Shown: positions 60,752 to 64,000 of the stretch, piece after piece
Numbering within the stretch: the stretch's first letter is position 1
How the letters are laid out: each line of letters opens with the position of its first letter
Virus record (IMG/VR): IMGVR_UViG_3300044628_000090
Length of the DNA stretch: 64,000 nt
From: a virus
Reading direction: 5' to 3' (one strand)
The notes under the pieces: model-generated
The model's input: only the letters and a program-made list of their open reading frames with translations
The model's database searches: none
What the model was told of the DNA's origin: nothing
Translations under genes and position numbers: made by a program

Positions 60752-61966
60752 ATGTCTGATAATTATATAATTGGTAGAGTTGTATCTTATAATCCCACAA
60801 CTGGAGAACTAGTAGTTACTCCTTATGATGTAAAAGGGTCTGGTACATACAGTGATTGGATTGTGTCTTTAACAGGATTTAATGGAACTGCTGGTACAGC
60901 AGGTACATCAAGTATTTCAGATTCTTCTGGTACTGCTGGTACATCTGGCACAGCTGCTACAGCTGGTACAGCAGGAGAAAGTGATAGCTCAGGTACTTCT
61001 GGAACAACAGGAACTTCTGGTTCATCAGCTACTTCAGGACAGTCACAACCAACAGGAACAAGTGGTACAGCAGGAACATCTGCAGAAAGTGGAACATCAG
61101 CCACTGCAGGCACAAGTGCAAGCTCTGGTACATCTGCTGAGAGTGGAACTTCAGGTTCTAGTGGAACTTCAGGTAGTTCAGCTACAGCTGGTACATCTGG
61201 TTCTAGTGGCACATCAGGAAGCTCAGCTAGCACAGGAACAGGTGGAACCTCTGGTTCTTCTGGAGTGAGTGGTGTTAATGGAGCTACTGGTCCACAGGGT
61301 GCAGCTGGTGGTACTGGACCAACAGGTGCAACAGGATCATCAGGTGTAAATGGTCCTACAGGTGGTACTGGTCCTGCAGGAGGTACAGGTCCACAAGGCC
61401 CACAAGGATTTCAAGGACCACAAGGTGCAACTGGTCCTGCAGGTGGTCCAGGTGGTACAGGTGCTCCAGGACCTACAGGTCCACAAGGTCCCCAAGGTCC
61501 TACAGGTAGTAATAACCAGAATTTGAATTTATATGTACCAGCAACATTTAATTCAGTTTCAACTGGAGAATGGTATTCAAATACTAGATTTTATTGTAGT
61601 AATAATAGAGGACTCGTTGGACCATCACCAAGATGGACAGGTTATGGACCAGGTTGGTATACTTTTGCTGCTGTAGGCTCAGTATATTTTTTTAATCCTT
61701 CTACAAGAGAGATGAAAACAAATATTCAACCTTTTACAAAATCAGCTTTAGATATTATTGACTCTACAGAAATTGTGTCTTTTAACTACGAATTAGATGG
61801 GTTAGAAGATAATCAAAAAATTGGGTTTATTGCAGAAAATACCCCTGAAGAATTATCTACTAAAGGTCATGATAGAATGGATTATAATTCAACTATGGGT
61901 GTAATCATGAAAGCCATTCAAGAGTTAGATGCTAAATTAAAAATAAAAGAAGAACACTACAAATAA
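60752..61966 (+). CDS. collagen-like tail fibre paralog with S74 chaperone domain
   Basis: N-terminus '[40 protein letters not shown]', G-X-Y tracts including [40 protein letters not shown], and a C-terminus 'PSTREMKTNIQPFTKSALDIIDSTEIVSFNYE...KIGFIAENTPEEL...MGVIMKAIQELDAKL'. Confidence 0.6.
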   Translation: MSDNYIIGRVVSYNPTTGELVVTPYDVKGSGTYSDWIVSLTGFNGTAGTAGTSSISDSSGTAGTSGTAATAGTAGESDSSGTSGTTGTSGSSATSGQSQPTGTSGTAGTSAESGTSATAGTSASSGTSAESGTSGSSGTSGSSATAGTSGSSGTSGSSASTGTGGTSGSSGVSGVNGATGPQGAAGGTGPTGATGSSGVNGPTGGTGPAGGTGPQGPQGFQGPQGATGPAGGPGGTGAPGPTGPQGPQGPTGSNNQNLNLYVPATFNSVSTGEWYSNTRFYCSNNRGLVGPSPRWTGYGPGWYTFAAVGSVYFFNPSTREMKTNIQPFTKSALDIIDSTEIVSFNYELDGLEDNQKIGFIAENTPEELSTKGHDRMDYNSTMGVIMKAIQELDAKLKIKEEHYK

Positions 61967-61981
61967 CTACTTGTAGTGTTC
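61952..61981. terminator. bidirectional hairpin terminator between convergent genes
   Basis: GAACACTACAA-ataactac-TTGTAGTGTTC is a perfect 11-bp stem. The stop codons of both convergent genes (TAA at 61964-61966 on +, CTA at 61967-61969 on -) lie inside the loop. Confidence 0.65.
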
Positions 61982-62569
61982 TCCTCCTACCCATAATACA
62001 AAAGATCTTCTAATACCTTTTGTAACAGGTGTCACTCTATGCATCATATATGATGGAAAGATAAACACCAATCCTTTATCTCTTTGCACCTTTAATGCAT
62101 TATTAGGATCTCCTCCTATAAAATATTCAAGATCACCACCTTCGTACTCTGAAGGATCTGATAACTGAACTGTTACAGATATTTTTCTGGTAGATAACAT
62201 ACCTGGCCCAAAGTCTTGGTGCCATCCATAATGCCCATTCTCAGTGGCATGATACTCTGTATATTGTACAGCGTCTAATACTCCAGTCAAATTAAAATTC
62301 CAAAGAGCATCATTTGCTTCTATTATCATTCCCATTAACTTATCGTACAACCACTCCCATTGTTGGGAAGGATGTATCCATTTGATTTGAGAAGATCTAA
62401 CTGTAAGATCATTGTATTCATTAGAAGATCCTGTTTCTCCTGCTTTGAATGGAAGAAATGCAACGTCTGCATATATTTTATCTAGCTCTTCGTTAGAAAA
62501 ACCTTCTTTAAAATAATAGTAGTTTTGAATATCTACTAACTTAGGGGGAAATATTATTGCGTTTTTCAT
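61967..62569 (-). CDS. 2OG-Fe(II) oxygenase, prolyl 4-hydroxylase (P4Hc/PKHD) type
   Basis: Fe-binding 'YGWHQDF' (HxD); 'RKISVTVQLSDPSEYEGGDLEY'; a distal His and 2OG-binding Arg/Ser in 'LVFIFPSYMMHRVTPVTKGIRRSFVLW'. Matches the 2OG-FeII_Oxy_3 pattern (HxD...H...RxS). Confidence 0.7.
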   Translation of the reverse strand: MKNAIIFPPKLVDIQNYYYFKEGFSNEELDKIYADVAFLPFKAGETGSSNEYNDLTVRSSQIKWIHPSQQWEWLYDKLMGMIIEANDALWNFNLTGVLDAVQYTEYHATENGHYGWHQDFGPGMLSTRKISVTVQLSDPSEYEGGDLEYFIGGDPNNALKVQRDKGLVFIFPSYMMHRVTPVTKGIRRSFVLWVGGEHYK

Positions 62570-62574
62570 ATGTT

Positions 62575-63276
62575 TTATTTTATATTGTTAAATTCTATAT
62601 AGTTTGGAATATCACTTGAGATACCTAATCTTCCTTCAAAATAAGAGTTGAAAGCTAAACTTACTCTAGTATAATTACCTGTTGTAAAAGGAACAGAATG
62701 AGACAAGTCTGAAGGAAATAAAACAATATCACCATTACTCACTTTAAAAGTTGTTTGTAATGAATTAAATTGATTCAAACTTCTAGGCTCTATGTATGTA
62801 GTTAATTTTCTATCTGAATGAAAACTAATCATATCATGTTCTTCTTGGGCACTTACATAAATTACTCCACTTACCATACTATTAGGATGATAATGTCGTT
62901 GATGTTCTTCTTTATGTTTAGTGTAATTTAACCAAGATTGTGTTATTTTTAATCTAAATTCATCACCATATAAAGGATCATAAACTTGTTTGCACCATTC
63001 CTTTAAACAACCTTCTGCAATTGCTTTTAAATGAACCATAACTGGCTCTTCTAGTATTCTTTTACTTTTAGTAGTGTTGTTACCTAAATAAATTTCATAA
63101 GGAGGAAGTGTAACATCTTTTTCTTTATTAAGAATAAATTCTATTTCTTCTTTTGTAAAATTTCTACCTATGTTGAATTTTAAAATAGGAGTTGGGAAAA
63201 TTTCAAAGATTTCTAACTGCATATAATTTATTTTATTAGATTTAAAATTGATTCTACTTTTATTGATTTGTGACAT
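62575..63276 (-). CDS. 2OG-Fe(II) oxygenase of the phage-associated PF13759 type (start possibly at internal Met ~63222)
   Basis: 'SWLNYTKHKEEHQRHYHPNSMVSGVIYV...ISFHSDR...VSNGDIVLFPSDLSHSVPF...RVSLAFN' follows the 2OG-FeII_Oxy_5 pattern (Wlni...H.Hp.s.lSgvyYl ... G.lvlFPs.l.H.V ... RiSiSFN). Confidence 0.6.
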   Translation of the reverse strand: MSQINKSRINFKSNKINYMQLEIFEIFPTPILKFNIGRNFTKEEIEFILNKEKDVTLPPYEIYLGNNTTKSKRILEEPVMVHLKAIAEGCLKEWCKQVYDPLYGDEFRLKITQSWLNYTKHKEEHQRHYHPNSMVSGVIYVSAQEEHDMISFHSDRKLTTYIEPRSLNQFNSLQTTFKVSNGDIVLFPSDLSHSVPFTTGNYTRVSLAFNSYFEGRLGISSDIPNYIEFNNIK

Positions 63277-64000
63277 TCAAAATGCCTAGGGGTATCTTCA
63301 TGCTCAGGACACCAGTTCCAATCACCTTTGTTAAACTTAAACAGAGGATTATTCCAACAACTGTTACATACATTAGGATTAATTATACGTGTGCAGTTAG
63401 ATATAAACTCATGACCAGCTTCTGTAAAGTTAGAGATCATTATAGTATGTTTACCTACAGCCCAGTTTAACCAGCTGATACCACTAGAAAGACCAATGTA
63501 ATGATCTGCATGATACAAGTAACGCATTGCATTTTGTAATGATTTATCTTCTAATGTTTCTGCACCTAAGTCATCTGCTTCCTGTGACAGTTCAAACACT
63601 CTATATCCTTTTGTTTTTAATGCTTCTATTAACTCTTTCCAATAGTACCAATGTTTACATTGTGCTGTAGAACGTGTAGATATACAAACGTAATTATCAA
63701 CTACAGGTCTTTCTCCTCGATCAAAAGCAATGCGTGGATGTATCTCTTCATATTCTAGTGCTAATATATTACTAGCTGCTTGTTGTAAAGGTATTGTTGC
63801 AGGATGTGTAGGTTCTTTATGTTCATCCCAAAACCAACCAAGTTCTACCATGGCTTGGATGTTATCTACTGTTACACCTCTGCCTACAAACTCTAACTCA
63901 GGATACACAGATTCAAACAGATCATTCTTAAATGTAGATACAATCACCTTACACTTATACTTCTCTTGAAATTCATAACAGTATGGTATCCAAGCTATAC
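63228..64000 (-). CDS. GT9/heptosyltransferase-like glycosyltransferase C-terminal domain with Cys/His metal cluster (N-terminus beyond window end)
   Basis: The ORF stays open through the annotated GTG to nt 64000. 'VCISTRSTAQCKHWYYWKELIEALKTKGYRVFEL...LQNAMRYLYHADHYIGLSSGISWLNWAVGKHTIMISNFT' resembles the GT-B C-domain of ADP-heptose transferases (kWp.e.w.eL...L...g..vvl... DSG..HLAaA.g.P.v.lFG.T). It is followed by CTRIINPNVCNSCWNNP...CPEHEDTPRHFEC, reminiscent of the iron-finger of TibC/Aah autotransporter heptosyltransferases. Confidence 0.4.
   Translation of the reverse strand, partial: IAWIPYCYEFQEKYKCKVIVSTFKNDLFESVYPELEFVGRGVTVDNIQAMVELGWFWDEHKEPTHPATIPLQQAASNILALEYEEIHPRIAFDRGERPVVDNYVCISTRSTAQCKHWYYWKELIEALKTKGYRVFELSQEADDLGAETLEDKSLQNAMRYLYHADHYIGLSSGISWLNWAVGKHTIMISNFTEAGHEFISNCTRIINPNVCNSCWNNPLFKFNKGDWNWCPEHEDTPRHFECHKSIKVESILNLIK

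Noticed and set aside
60823-61268. Antisense and alternate-frame ORFs over gene 60752
   Set aside because: Repeat-derived artefacts, as above.
1-64000. Integrase, repressor, lysis cassette (endolysin/holin), DGR reverse transcriptase, toxin-antitoxin or defence islands
   Set aside because: I looked for catalytic signatures (tyrosine recombinase R..HxxR..Y, RT YxDD, lysozyme/amidase motifs) in all ORFs and did not recognise any. The window appears to be purely a morphogenesis/virion-cargo region. The apparent absence may simply reflect window boundaries.

Overview
This window reads as one long co-directional (+ strand) late/structural region of a tailed phage. It is AT-rich and has no Shine-Dalgarno sequences, with Bacteroidetes-style signals, and the overall gene content makes a crAss-like relative possible.

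Gene order on the + strand:
- small early-type genes at 10-1459
- large terminase
- portal (860 aa)
- an SPFH/band-7 protein
- an acidic scaffold-like protein
- a putative major capsid protein whose codon usage suggests high expression
- tail-fibre genes: one with a phage-tail-collar domain, one with collagen-like Gly-X-Y triplets and a peptidase-S74 intramolecular-chaperone C-terminus, and one with BNR repeats
- a metallophosphoesterase
- a ~30 kb block of giant ORFs of 1694, 731, 952, 925, 3664 and 1669 aa
- a second cluster of collagen-like fibre paralogs at 53353-61966

After a convergent hairpin terminator, three minus-strand genes follow: a prolyl-4-hydroxylase-type 2OG-Fe(II) oxygenase, a second 2OG-Fe(II) oxygenase of the phage PF13759 type, and a GT9/heptosyltransferase-like protein that is truncated by the window end.

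The most interesting calls:
- The three minus-strand genes look like a fibre post-translational-modification module (hydroxylation plus O-glycosylation) sitting next to the collagen-like fibres.
- The 3664-aa ORF contains a beta-prime-type RNA-polymerase catalytic segment, RIPTQ...(35 aa)...SDFDID, consistent with a giant virion RNAP.
- One fibre carries a C1q/TNF-like signature after its collagen segments.
- A GC-rich, multi-hairpin structured element follows the capsid gene.
- AACTACATATG recurs as a start-codon context at three genes.

All functional calls come from motif reading of the translations without database searches, and confidences are set accordingly.
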